Virus record (IMG/VR): IMGVR_UViG_3300034066_002191
Length of the DNA: 64,000 bases
Direction: 5' to 3' (one strand)
Origin: a virus
In this document: positions 8,806-18,205 of the stretch, piece by piece
Numbering within the stretch: the stretch's first letter is position 1
Layout: the number at the start of each line of letters is the position of its first letter
Program-made: the position numbers and the translations under genes
Notes under the pieces: model-generated
What the model saw: the letters and a program-made list of their open reading frames with translations, nothing else
Database searches by the model: none
What the model was told of the DNA's origin: nothing

Positions 8806-9918
8806 TCATGCTTCTTCTGATTTGTCAATCTGCTGATCTTCATCTTTATTAAATTCTTCATCAATTTTATCATATAGTTCAATGAAAGAAGATTTTGTGT
8901 CATCATCAAATCGTGCAATTGATAGTTTAATGGCTTTTGCTTTGTTTTTGAAAATTGCATATGCCTTTAGTAGATGAATCAAACGACGAGTAGAAATCAA
9001 TTCATCGATGCCGCCATCATAAAATGTCTTGCGGATTGTATCACTCCAACTTACCAGTTTTTTAATGAATTCTTCTTCTCCTTCGAGTCCAATAGATTTT
9101 GCTAACTTAGTAAGAATTTTAATTTCAATAGAATTCGCAGGATAATTTTGCTCAAATGTAACACTAAACCTCTCTAGGAATGCTTCATTAAGTACATTAG
9201 TGCCAATAAATCGCCCATCATCGGATCCTTTTCCTTTTGTATTGGCAGTTGCAATGATGTTAAATCCTGGTTTCGGGTAGATGACTTTACCAATTTTTTT
9301 AAGAAATAGTGATTTCCCTTCTAGAACAGATTGTAAAACCATGATTTTATTCGATGCCAAATCGCATTCATCAAGAAGAAGAATGGCACCTCGCTCCATC
9401 GCCTCTACTACTGGGCCATTATGCCAAACTGTGTCACCATTCTGTAGTCGAAACCCACCGATAAGATCATCGGAGTCAGTTTCTACAGTAACATTAAAAC
9501 GAATCAACTCACGCTTCAATTGTGCACAAGCTTGCTCCACACACATTGTTTTTCCATTACCAGAAAGACCAGTAATGAAAACTGGATAAAAAATTCCAGA
9601 AGAGATAATTTTTTTAACATCAGAAAAACAACCAAAAGAAACAAATCCAGAATCTTTTTCTGGAACTAGATCTTTTTCCGTATCTGGAATCACAGAAGGA
9701 GCATTATACGAATTTTCAATTGCAGCGACTGCTTCTGTTGTCACTTCAAGATTCCACTTACCATGGCCAGTTTTATATCCATCTAAACGACGAGTCACAG
9801 TCGGATAAGAAACATTTTTCATGGCACAATAAGCACGAACATCAGCAGAAGTGATATTGGCACCAAACATGTCCATTAGATCGGAGATGATGTTTTGTTC
9901 TGTCATTTTTTTGTACAT
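8806..9918 (-). CDS. cobS: MoxR/CobS-like AAA+ ATPase; start probably ATG 9918 or 9906, not TTG 9936
   Basis: GLSGNGKT, DLIGG, LLLDE, IATANTKG, AFLERF, ISTRRL; the TTG at 9936 lies at the predicted transcription start. Confidence 0.88.
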   Translation of the reverse strand: MYKKMTEQNIISDLMDMFGANITSADVRAYCAMKNVSYPTVTRRLDGYKTGHGKWNLEVTTEAVAAIENSYNAPSVIPDTEKDLVPEKDSGFVSFGCFSDVKKIISSGIFYPVFITGLSGNGKTMCVEQACAQLKRELIRFNVTVETDSDDLIGGFRLQNGDTVWHNGPVVEAMERGAILLLDECDLASNKIMVLQSVLEGKSLFLKKIGKVIYPKPGFNIIATANTKGKGSDDGRFIGTNVLNEAFLERFSVTFEQNYPANSIEIKILTKLAKSIGLEGEEEFIKKLVSWSDTIRKTFYDGGIDELISTRRLIHLLKAYAIFKNKAKAIKLSIARFDDDTKSSFIELYDKIDEEFNKDEDQQIDKSEEA

Positions 9919-9940
9919 GGTCTGAAGGTTGAACAAATAT

Positions 9941-9996
9941 ATTATAACAGGCCCAAAGACACTATGTGCTCATGATGGGCCAGTTTAAAAATTGGT
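9941..9996 (-). promoter_or_regulatory. Promoter with extended -10 and an upstream imperfect palindrome, no -35
   Basis: ACCAA-N8-CTGGC, 32 nt, then TATAAT (TGTTATAAT). Confidence 0.6.
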
Positions 9997-12108
9997 CTAC
10001 GCAATAAGATCTATAAATTGCGATAGAATCTTCTTATTCATTTTTTTAGATTGTAATGATTTTTTAAACGCATTTCTAATGTCAGTAACAGATGATGATT
10101 CCTCAACATTAAAATCGCTGGAACTATTCAGGGCACCAGAATATATCCCAAAATACGAATCATATCCAGTACATTTAAGCATACATGATTTGTTCTTTTT
10201 CCATTCCTCCATAATTTTATTATAAGAATCAGAATAATTATTATTCTCTAAATGACCACGAACAAAACCTGTTATTTCTCCACCACTAAGAAGTCGAATT
10301 CCAATAAAATTGACATGAGGATATACATCTTTAAGATGTCGTAAAAGCACATCACTGAATCTATGCGTTGCATAATAAGAATATTTTGGAAACCTATATG
10401 TTGTTTTTAGTTTATCGTCCTTCAAGAAACAATTGTCTCCGATTGGTAACACACCTGAATTAGAATGCCTAGGTAATGCACTTGCTTCACCATCTGTTAA
10501 GATGACACATTGGATTTTTTGTACTTTAGTTTTCTTTTGAAATTCTGGGATGATATGATGCAAAGTTACTAATGATTCATTCAATGGGGTACCAGAAAGA
10601 TTCAATTGATTTGGACAAGAGTAAGAACAAATTCTACTTTTGTTATAGTATGCCAAACGATACAAGTTTTTCATGTGAATGTCCAAGGTAGAAGAATTTA
10701 CCTTGCTTGAAATCACATTGAGCAAATTGAAACAACCATCAATAGAAATCGAATTATTGTCTGATTGACTATTTTTCCCATAAGAATATGACCAATTATT
10801 AGTAAATGCATAAACTTCAAATGGAATAGAAACTTTTTTACAGAACCAAACTAGATTGAATAGTTGGCGACATGTATCTAGAATTACTGTATCCATTGAG
10901 CCGGACCAATCTAAAATAAAAATCAGCCCATGATTTTTTCCATCAGCAACTGTAATAATTTTTTTAAAAATATCATCGTTAAATTTATAAGAGTGTAGAG
11001 AACTACAATCTAAGATACCAGTTTTAGACTCTGAAGAACGAGCATATGACTCTGCTGCTTTTTTACATTCAAATTCTTTGACCAAATAGTTTACTTCTTT
11101 TTTAGCAGATGACTTAAATGACGAATAATCAGAATCAACTAAAAAGAAATCTTCTTGACTATTATGCGTATTCCAATAGCGTTTACATAGAGAATGTATA
11201 GATTTAGTGTCAACAATAATTTTGTCCAAATCTAATTTTGGAATACGGACATAATTAATTTGTTCCGTTTTTGACGCTGACAATTTGTTAATTGCCTTTT
11301 CAAACGAGGAAAATGTTTTTACATAATCTGAATTAGATGCCGGATCGTAGTCATCTGCATTTTTCTTTTGTTCATCTAATTTTTGTCCATTATCAGTAGA
11401 ATTTTGTGAATTATTGTCTTCTACATTTTGTTCTTTATCTGATTGTCCATTATTGTTTTTATTGCAATTTTCTTCTGGTTGCTGATTGGTGGCAATTTGT
11501 TGTTCAGAACTAATTCCAGAACCAGATTCAAATGAAATAGAATCAATAGTCTTCTGCTGTTCTACATCTTTGCAATATTCATATAATTTTTCTGCGCAGC
11601 GAACTGCATCTATAAATGTTTCTGCTGCTCCAATCTCATCGAGAATGACTTTTTCCTCATCATTAAAATCAATACTAATAAAGTTACCAATTTTAAAATA
11701 GAGATTAATCCTATCCGCTAAATTATACTTGCCAATATCTTCCCCACTAATGGCAAAAAAATCTTCTTCATGCAATTCTTTATATCCACCAAAAAATGTC
11801 TTTTTAAGTCCAGGGTAACGACGCTTCATCAATTTCTCGATTCTAACATCTTCTGTCACATTTAGAAACTGCATAGGAACACTAGTGAGTTCCGTCCAAT
11901 CTTGATTTGGAGTGTAAATTGCATGTGCTGATTCGTGACTCAAAAGTAACTGATATACGATATCAGATGCCTTCTCCCAAATAGGAAGAGTAAGAGTCCT
12001 AGTTTCTACATTAAAGCAGGCAGTATCAACATTTGAATGTTCAATATTAAGATTTTCAGTTGAAAGAAGGCGAGCCAGATTTCCGTGAATTTCGTGGTTG
12101 TGCCGCAT
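9997..12108 (-). CDS. CobT-like protein: HExxH metallopeptidase-like domain, low-complexity linker, VWA domain
   Basis: HESAH and NVTEDVRIE; MIDAS motif LDWSGS, SGTPLNE, LTDGE; adjacent to the MoxR-type ATPase. Confidence 0.85.
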   Translation of the reverse strand: MRHNHEIHGNLARLLSTENLNIEHSNVDTACFNVETRTLTLPIWEKASDIVYQLLLSHESAHAIYTPNQDWTELTSVPMQFLNVTEDVRIEKLMKRRYPGLKKTFFGGYKELHEEDFFAISGEDIGKYNLADRINLYFKIGNFISIDFNDEEKVILDEIGAAETFIDAVRCAEKLYEYCKDVEQQKTIDSISFESGSGISSEQQIATNQQPEENCNKNNNGQSDKEQNVEDNNSQNSTDNGQKLDEQKKNADDYDPASNSDYVKTFSSFEKAINKLSASKTEQINYVRIPKLDLDKIIVDTKSIHSLCKRYWNTHNSQEDFFLVDSDYSSFKSSAKKEVNYLVKEFECKKAAESYARSSESKTGILDCSSLHSYKFNDDIFKKIITVADGKNHGLIFILDWSGSMDTVILDTCRQLFNLVWFCKKVSIPFEVYAFTNNWSYSYGKNSQSDNNSISIDGCFNLLNVISSKVNSSTLDIHMKNLYRLAYYNKSRICSYSCPNQLNLSGTPLNESLVTLHHIIPEFQKKTKVQKIQCVILTDGEASALPRHSNSGVLPIGDNCFLKDDKLKTTYRFPKYSYYATHRFSDVLLRHLKDVYPHVNFIGIRLLSGGEITGFVRGHLENNNYSDSYNKIMEEWKKNKSCMLKCTGYDSYFGIYSGALNSSSDFNVEESSSVTDIRNAFKKSLQSKKMNKKILSQFIDLIA

Positions 12109-12131
12109 GAGAAAAAATTTGAACTTCTATA

Positions 12132-12186
12132 ATTATACACAAAAAAACCACCTAATGGTGGCCAAGTAGACAGTATTTCATCTGTC
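12132..12186 (-). promoter_or_regulatory. Promoter with upstream palindrome, no -35
   Basis: GACAG-N8-CTGTC, 31 nt, then TATAAT. Confidence 0.6.
12141..12162 (-). terminator. Intrinsic terminator after gp46
   Basis: CCACC-ATTA-GGTGG followed by T7. Confidence 0.75.
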
Positions 12187-13900
12187 ACAATGTTTGCAGA
12201 ATAGAAAAATTTCCTCTCTTTTCAAATTCTATAATACTGTCAAATTTATCTTGAACCCCATCTTTATGGGAGATCACAAATATATTAAAATCCTTCACTA
12301 CATATCTAATAATTTTTAGAAAGTCATCAATACCAGATGAATCCAAAGAAGAATCGAATATTTCATCCAAAATTAGTAAATTAACATTTGTTGAATTTTT
12401 TATTTTAGCCAATTCTCTCCAAGAAAAAAGAAGAGCTAAATTGATTCTTTGTTTTTGTCCCTCCGAGAAACTACCATAACTAAAATCTTCATACACTGGA
12501 GTTTTTATATGTTCATTGAATTCTTCATCTAAATTGAAGTTAATATAAAAATCCATCATTTGGAGATACTTATTCACATTTTGATTAATTAATGGAAGAT
12601 ATTTTTTAATTATTTTTGACTTAACTCCATTATCTTTTAGTAAAGAATGGATACATTCATAGTATTGAATTTTTTCTTTTTTATCTACAAATTGATTTTT
12701 TATATCCAGAAGGCTCACTTCGAGAATTTTTAGTTTATCGTGTTCTATATTTTTATTTTTTATCTTTTCTTGAATTTTTTGTATCTCCAATTCAAGTTCT
12801 TTGATTTGATTTTTGGATTGCTGAACTTTAAGATTATTATTCGATATTTTATGATTAGTATCTAGTAATTCCTTTGATATATTTGCGAATTGAGTTTCTC
12901 GCTCCTCCTCTTCTCTGATCGTATCTTTCAATTTTTCATACGCATCTTCCAATTCTTTTATAGAGGACTCATACTCAGAACATTTTTTAAGTTTCAACTC
13001 GGAATCTATGTGTTGTGTGCATGTAGGACAGATTGAATTATCAAGAAAGAAATCACGATCATCAACAACTGTGGATAACTTTTGAGATAACTTCCCCTTC
13101 AAAGTTCCCAACTTTTTCAGCTTATTTGGACTTTCATTAAGAGAAGTCAAACTAGAATTTAATTCTTCCGTCTTCTTCAATAAAATTCTATTCTCTTCAT
13201 CCGCATCTCTAAAAAATATATTTAATTTTTGTATTTTTTGTCTTCTCTGTTCAATTTGGAGATTACTTTCTTTTTCTATTTCTTCTATGAAATTAGATTG
13301 CATCTTCACTTTGTCAGACAAAGAGTCCTTCTTTATCTCCAATAATTTAACTTCGTCTTTTATAGTTTTTATTTTATCCTTTACGACAATATTCATTGAA
13401 GAAAATATTTTAATGTCCAATAAGTCCTCAATGACCTCTCGTCTACTCGCTGCAGTAAGTTGCATAAACGGAACAAAGTTACTGTTTCCCAATATAACAA
13501 TTTGAGTAAAAGACTTATAATTCATCTTTAAGACTGTCTGCTCAAACCATTTTTGCTGATCAATAGCAGAAGAACTCTGGTCTAATAAACTGTCATTTTT
13601 ATAGATTTCAAATATAGTAGGTTTTTGTCCCCTTCTTACTTTCCAATCAATATTACCAATTGAGAATTCTATTTCTACCAAGCAATCTTTTTCATTTACT
13701 GAATTAATTAATTGCGGCTTATTAATAGGACGATATGACTTATTAAACAAAGCATATGTAATTGCGTCCATGAAGGAACTTTTTCCACTTCCATTTTTTC
13801 CAATAATACAAGTATTGTGATGTGTATCTAAACTTATTTCAGTGAATTTATTTCCAAAAGAAAGAAAGTTCTTAAATCTTACTTTTTTAAAAGTTATCAT
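12185..13900 (-). CDS. gp46: Rad50/SbcC-like recombination ATPase
   Basis: GKNGSGKS, CPTC zinc hook, FSEGQ signature, LILDEIFDSSLD, VISH. Confidence 0.96.
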   Translation of the reverse strand: MITFKKVRFKNFLSFGNKFTEISLDTHHNTCIIGKNGSGKSSFMDAITYALFNKSYRPINKPQLINSVNEKDCLVEIEFSIGNIDWKVRRGQKPTIFEIYKNDSLLDQSSSAIDQQKWFEQTVLKMNYKSFTQIVILGNSNFVPFMQLTAASRREVIEDLLDIKIFSSMNIVVKDKIKTIKDEVKLLEIKKDSLSDKVKMQSNFIEEIEKESNLQIEQRRQKIQKLNIFFRDADEENRILLKKTEELNSSLTSLNESPNKLKKLGTLKGKLSQKLSTVVDDRDFFLDNSICPTCTQHIDSELKLKKCSEYESSIKELEDAYEKLKDTIREEEERETQFANISKELLDTNHKISNNNLKVQQSKNQIKELELEIQKIQEKIKNKNIEHDKLKILEVSLLDIKNQFVDKKEKIQYYECIHSLLKDNGVKSKIIKKYLPLINQNVNKYLQMMDFYINFNLDEEFNEHIKTPVYEDFSYGSFSEGQKQRINLALLFSWRELAKIKNSTNVNLLILDEIFDSSLDSSGIDDFLKIIRYVVKDFNIFVISHKDGVQDKFDSIIEFEKRGNFSILQTL

Positions 13901-14159
13901 AATGTATTTTTGGTGGAACTACGATATCATTAGGGGTTATAACAGTATATAAATTACCAGTAACTTCACATGTTTTTATGAGTATATCATCATCATATTC
14001 AATTACATGAGTTTCTGGCATACCCTGCTCTTCTAGCATTATTGCATATCTGACGGCATCATCTTCCTCCTGAAAAAAGAAAATTACTTTTTTTCCATCT
14101 TGATTTAGTACTGAATATGCACCTTCATCTTCTTTTCCATCAAGAGTTATCAAAAACAT
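13887..14159 (-). CDS. Conserved hypothetical protein (DUF3110-like)
   Basis: FQEEDDAVRYAIML, DIVVPP; usual position between gp47 and gp46. Confidence 0.7.
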   Translation of the reverse strand: MFLITLDGKEDEGAYSVLNQDGKKVIFFFQEEDDAVRYAIMLEEQGMPETHVIEYDDDILIKTCEVTGNLYTVITPNDIVVPPKIHYDNF

Positions 14160-15196
14160 TATACTAACTCACATGCCTCCGAATATGTCTCTTTTAAAAT
14201 ATTTTTTAACATATTTTTATTCAATGTAGAATCACTTTCTTCTACAAATTTTTGAAGTAGAGAAAAAGTATCTTCATTCTCTAACGAAATGTCCAAATCT
14301 TGATCGTCAAAAAACGAATAATTTTCTATAATTTTTAATTCTGCAATATTAGCGTTATATAACTTATCAACGAAATCTTCAAATAATTTAACTTTGGTTT
14401 TTTTTCTAACTACAAGTTTTACTATTTTATTTTCTAATTCGGTCACATTTAATAATTGATTTGGTGTATCATCGTAATAAAGATTGTAGTGCATTTTATA
14501 TGGATTATCAACATAAAAATGCTCTAAACTTTCAGTGTCAAATATTACAAATCCTCTAGTTTCATCTATATCATTAAAGTATATTTCATATGGATTTCCC
14601 ATATAGAATATCGTTCCATTATCAGATCTATTATGGAAATGACCAGAAAATACTTTTTTAAAATTATTGAATATTTTGGGATCTCTACCATCCTCCATAG
14701 TATGTCCTTTATGTGCTTCAAATCCGTTTAATTCTAAATGTCCCATTACAACATTAGAACTTGTTCTTTTCAATAATTTGTAAGTATCATGTTCATTTTC
14801 CTGATTAATCCAAGGAACAAAAACCAAATCAAGACCACCAATATTTACTTCCGTTGGTTCTGAATATACTTGTATATTTGGGTATTCTTGGAGTAACAGA
14901 TCTGGTGAATTTATTCTATTAGTGGATTTAAAATATACATCGTGATTTCCACTTATCAAATGTACTTTATATTTTGAGAGTGGATCTAATACTACTCGTT
15001 TTGTCCATTCTAAACCAAAAAAATCTATAGACTTTCTATTGTCAAATGCATCTCCCAAATGAATGACAGTATCAATTTTTAGTTCTTCTAATTTAGGAAA
15101 GAAAATGTTTTTATAAAAAAGTTCAAAATAATCTTGAAAGAGTTTTGATGACTTTCTTGCGGACCAATGGGTGTCTGTAAGCAATGCAACGAGCAT
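14159..15196 (-). CDS. gp47: Mre11/SbcD-like nuclease
   Basis: DTH, LGDAFD, GNHD, GHLE, SGHFH metallophosphoesterase motifs. Confidence 0.95.
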   Translation of the reverse strand: MLVALLTDTHWSARKSSKLFQDYFELFYKNIFFPKLEELKIDTVIHLGDAFDNRKSIDFFGLEWTKRVVLDPLSKYKVHLISGNHDVYFKSTNRINSPDLLLQEYPNIQVYSEPTEVNIGGLDLVFVPWINQENEHDTYKLLKRTSSNVVMGHLELNGFEAHKGHTMEDGRDPKIFNNFKKVFSGHFHNRSDNGTIFYMGNPYEIYFNDIDETRGFVIFDTESLEHFYVDNPYKMHYNLYYDDTPNQLLNVTELENKIVKLVVRKKTKVKLFEDFVDKLYNANIAELKIIENYSFFDDQDLDISLENEDTFSLLQKFVEESDSTLNKNMLKNILKETYSEACELV

Positions 15197-15200
15197 TATG

Positions 15201-15698
15201 TCAATTCCTTAATTTACTGTGAACTGCATCTTTAATACTATTATAATCGGAATAGTTTCCTCCGTCAAGTGTGTTGTCATCAACAAACACTTCATCAAAC
15301 CCAGATCTTTCCAGTATTTTTCCCTTAATTTCTAATTGCCTTTTTTCTTTGGTTATTCTTCGTATAAAAGCATAGTGAATTACCTGAGTAAAATAAGCAA
15401 AAGGATTTGTTGATTTTTGGGGATCAAAATTTAAAATATATTGAACGCAATTTTCAATTCCGTCAGAAATCATATCTTCTTTGAACATATAATTGACAAA
15501 ATTTGGTTTAAATGACAAATGCGTCGCTATCTTTAAAAAACATTCTCCTATATAATTTGGAATTACTGGCTGCGGTAAATCTTTATCTTTTGCAATTTTA
15601 ACCAAATGCCGATAATCGATCAGGGCAGCCAAGAACTCTTTATTATTGACATAGTGAACACTACGCTTTCTTTTAGTCATGACGGCTGTTGTAATCAT
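15201..15698 (-). CDS. gp55: Late-transcription sigma factor
   Basis: HYVNNKEF, MISDGIENC, NPFAYFTQ. Confidence 0.95.
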   Translation of the reverse strand: MITTAVMTKRKRSVHYVNNKEFLAALIDYRHLVKIAKDKDLPQPVIPNYIGECFLKIATHLSFKPNFVNYMFKEDMISDGIENCVQYILNFDPQKSTNPFAYFTQVIHYAFIRRITKEKRQLEIKGKILERSGFDEVFVDDNTLDGGNYSDYNSIKDAVHSKLRN

Positions 15699-15725
15699 AA
15701 TACCTTACAAATAATATATATTGAT

Positions 15726-15754
15726 ATTATAACACAAAGAAATTGATTTGACAA
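15726..15754 (-). promoter_or_regulatory. sigma70-type promoter for gp55-47-46
   Basis: TTGTCA-N17-TATAAT. Confidence 0.75.
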
Positions 15755-15758
15755 GGGG

Positions 15759-15787
15759 TTGACACGCCTATCGAAAGTGAGTATAAT
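15759..15787 (+). promoter_or_regulatory. Perfect-consensus sigma70 promoter on the non-coding strand
   Basis: TTGACA (15759-64), 17-nt spacer, TATAAT (15782-87). Confidence 0.8.
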
Positions 15788-15869
15788 CAGCTTTGTCAGC
15801 GATGAAACTCATTTTATTACTTAATAATACTAGATACATTAATAAACAATAAAGATAAACATATAGGTA

Positions 15870-15899
15870 ATTTCCGAAGGAAATGTTCCCGAAGGGAAC
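15870..15899. repeat. Two abutting 15-nt inverted repeats with GAA loops
   Basis: ATTTCC-GAA-GGAAAT followed directly by GTTCCC-GAA-GGGAAC. Confidence 0.9.
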
Positions 15900-15910
15900 T
15901 AATAAAGTAC

Positions 15911-16312
15911 TTAATGATCCTTAAATAACTTTTCTAATGATTTTTTTGCTTCTTCTATATTTGAAATATATCCCATTTCTTTAGTAAGTTCAAAATGGTT
16001 CATTCCAAAATTTGAATTGTTCTTTTCTTTTTGTTTGACAAATTTATCATATACTGATATGATTTCTAAATCACTTGTTTCCGTCATCGTCATGATATTT
16101 TTCATATCAATGATAAAAATATCATCTTTTGTTGTTTTCATCCATGGCTCTACTTTATAAGCAAATCCATATCTAGTTTTTACTTCAGTGATAACTATTG
16201 GATCGCAAACCAATAATACCAAATTTCCATGTTCCTCAGAAGAAATAACCTTTGCAAATATCTCTTCTCCACTTATCAATTTTAAACTTGCATAAAAATC
16301 TTCTTCCATCAT
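15911..16312 (-). CDS. Conserved hypothetical protein, probable Sm-like fold
   Basis: LKLISGEEIFAKV...DP...PW; usual position downstream of uvsW. Confidence 0.8.
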   Translation of the reverse strand: MMEEDFYASLKLISGEEIFAKVISSEEHGNLVLLVCDPIVITEVKTRYGFAYKVEPWMKTTKDDIFIIDMKNIMTMTETSDLEIISVYDKFVKQKEKNNSNFGMNHFELTKEMGYISNIEEAKKSLEKLFKDH

Positions 16313-17784
16313 TTGTTTAAATTTACTGGTATAATTTCGTAATTGAATTCCTCTTCATTATACAATTTTATTCTTTCTATAAAGTGATTTAAGGTGTAAT
16401 TTTTTTTATTTTTATAAGTACAGTCATCAGAAATATCGTACAATATTGCTTTATCTTTGTTTTTTCCCTTTCTCAGTACTCTTCCTATGCTTTGTAAATT
16501 TCTGATTTTCGATTTACTTGGAGAAGCAAATATAACATTATGTAAATTTCTGATAGATATTCCAGTACTAAAAACCCCATAACTTGCAACTATAATTGCA
16601 TTTGACTCTCTTTCAGTTATTTCTCGTACTTCTTCCCTTTGGTTAACATCTACTCCTCCGTGAACAAAAAATATTTTTCTGTTCTTTTCGCTGTTACTAT
16701 TTATTAATTCGTATAATGGCTTACCATGTGTATCTACTCTAGAAAATAACACTAAGGTATTTCCTTTTAAATCTAAAGCAAGGTTTTTTATGAAGTTATT
16801 TCTTTTTTCGTTTGATATTAAAAATTGAATTTCATCTTCGTATTTATCGAACTGTTGTGATGTATGTTTCAATATCAAACAATGAATATCTAATTGGGAT
16901 GCTCTTCCCTTTTCGATCATTTCTTTTGTGTTGATTGTTTTGTATGTTGGACCAAAAAGACCTGATATTACCCATTCGTGTGTCTGTGAGTCTTTTCCTC
17001 CATTTGAAAGAGTACCAGTAAAACCAAATCTATACTTTGCATGATGGCATTTTTTCATGATATCAATTAAAGATTTTGATTTTGCTTGATGGCTTTCATC
17101 AACTATCACGCAATCAAATTCTTCAAAAAACGATTTCTCCATTTTAAAAATAGATTGCCAAGTCGAAAGAGTGACTGGAAGATCTGTATTTTTTTCTCTT
17201 CCTGAATATATCATGTGGCAATTATTCTCTGGACTCCACCCATACTCAGAAAAATCTTTATGCATTTGATGAATCAAAGAAGTAGTAGGAAAAATAATCA
17301 GGGTTTTCAGTTTCTTATTTGTGTAATATCTTGCTAGTGCATAAATGATTAAAGATTTTCCAGAAGCAGTTGGAGAAATGATAGTTTTCCTATTGTATCT
17401 AAGGCACTCATAAACTGCATTTATTTGATAGTCATATGGCTCATATGAACATATTGCATTCATATAGCCTTTTACCCCCTCCAGTGAAATCTCTTCGTTT
17501 ATCTCAAAAGGAAGTCCATAATATTTGTTTTCTTTAAATTCGTATGTATAATTATGTGACTTTATTTTTGCTATTACTTTATCTAGAAGTCCAGCATATA
17601 TTTCTCCAGTAGAAACCGACAATAGATGAATCGTCCCATCCCACCCAGTTTTTCTAAACTGAGGCATAAATTTTGCGCTATCTACTTCAAATGTAAAATG
17701 TGGTTGAAGTTCATATAAAATATGGGGTTCGCATTGTAATTTAATAAAAACTTCATTTTTCTTTATAATTGTTATGTCAGCCAT
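16309..17784 (-). CDS. uvsW: SF2 helicase UvsW
   Basis: SPTASGKS, VDESH, GFTGT, FSTGISI, QSIGRVLR. Confidence 0.95.
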   Translation of the reverse strand: MADITIIKKNEVFIKLQCEPHILYELQPHFTFEVDSAKFMPQFRKTGWDGTIHLLSVSTGEIYAGLLDKVIAKIKSHNYTYEFKENKYYGLPFEINEEISLEGVKGYMNAICSYEPYDYQINAVYECLRYNRKTIISPTASGKSLIIYALARYYTNKKLKTLIIFPTTSLIHQMHKDFSEYGWSPENNCHMIYSGREKNTDLPVTLSTWQSIFKMEKSFFEEFDCVIVDESHQAKSKSLIDIMKKCHHAKYRFGFTGTLSNGGKDSQTHEWVISGLFGPTYKTINTKEMIEKGRASQLDIHCLILKHTSQQFDKYEDEIQFLISNEKRNNFIKNLALDLKGNTLVLFSRVDTHGKPLYELINSNSEKNRKIFFVHGGVDVNQREEVREITERESNAIIVASYGVFSTGISIRNLHNVIFASPSKSKIRNLQSIGRVLRKGKNKDKAILYDISDDCTYKNKKNYTLNHFIERIKLYNEEEFNYEIIPVNLNK

Positions 17785-18205
17785 ATCCAGAAATATATTT
17801 TTGGTACTCGATACTATTTTTTACTTGATAAGTTCTACTATGTATCATTTTGAGGATATCGCTCAAATAATTTAACATAGCATCGTAATATTCAATTTTT
17901 AATGATGCATTTGATATGTCTTCATCTGCATTCATGCAATTCTGCAAGTGCTCTTTATCTCTTATTTTTTTCTGATATATTTCTTTGTATTCCTCTGGAT
18001 CTGCTTTTCCAGTATAATATTCGTATTTTTTGAGTCTTATTTTGTTCTTATCTTCTAATGCTTTTTTCTTTAATAATAAAATATTATTAAATATCTCATA
18101 ATATTTTGAATGTAATTGTGGAATTTTTAAGGATTCTAGATGCAAATTGTCAGGATCTATGTAAGAATCCTCTTTCCACATTGATTGCACTTCATTGATA
18201 TTCAT
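17777..18205 (-). CDS. uvsY: Recombination mediator UvsY
   Basis: KIPQLHSKY, YYTGKA, RTYQVKNSIE; directly upstream of uvsW. Confidence 0.88.
   Translation of the reverse strand: MNINEVQSMWKEDSYIDPDNLHLESLKIPQLHSKYYEIFNNILLLKKKALEDKNKIRLKKYEYYTGKADPEEYKEIYQKKIRDKEHLQNCMNADEDISNASLKIEYYDAMLNYLSDILKMIHSRTYQVKNSIEYQKYISGYG

Noticed and set aside
8806-9936. cobS as evidence for phage cobalamin synthesis
   Set aside because: No cobN or other pathway genes in the window, and the partner has a peptidase-VWA architecture.
15870-15899. Twin hairpins as an ordinary intrinsic terminator
   Set aside because: No adjacent U-tract on either strand, and the perfect stems close 3-nt loops rather than UUCG tetraloops; kept as a finding instead.
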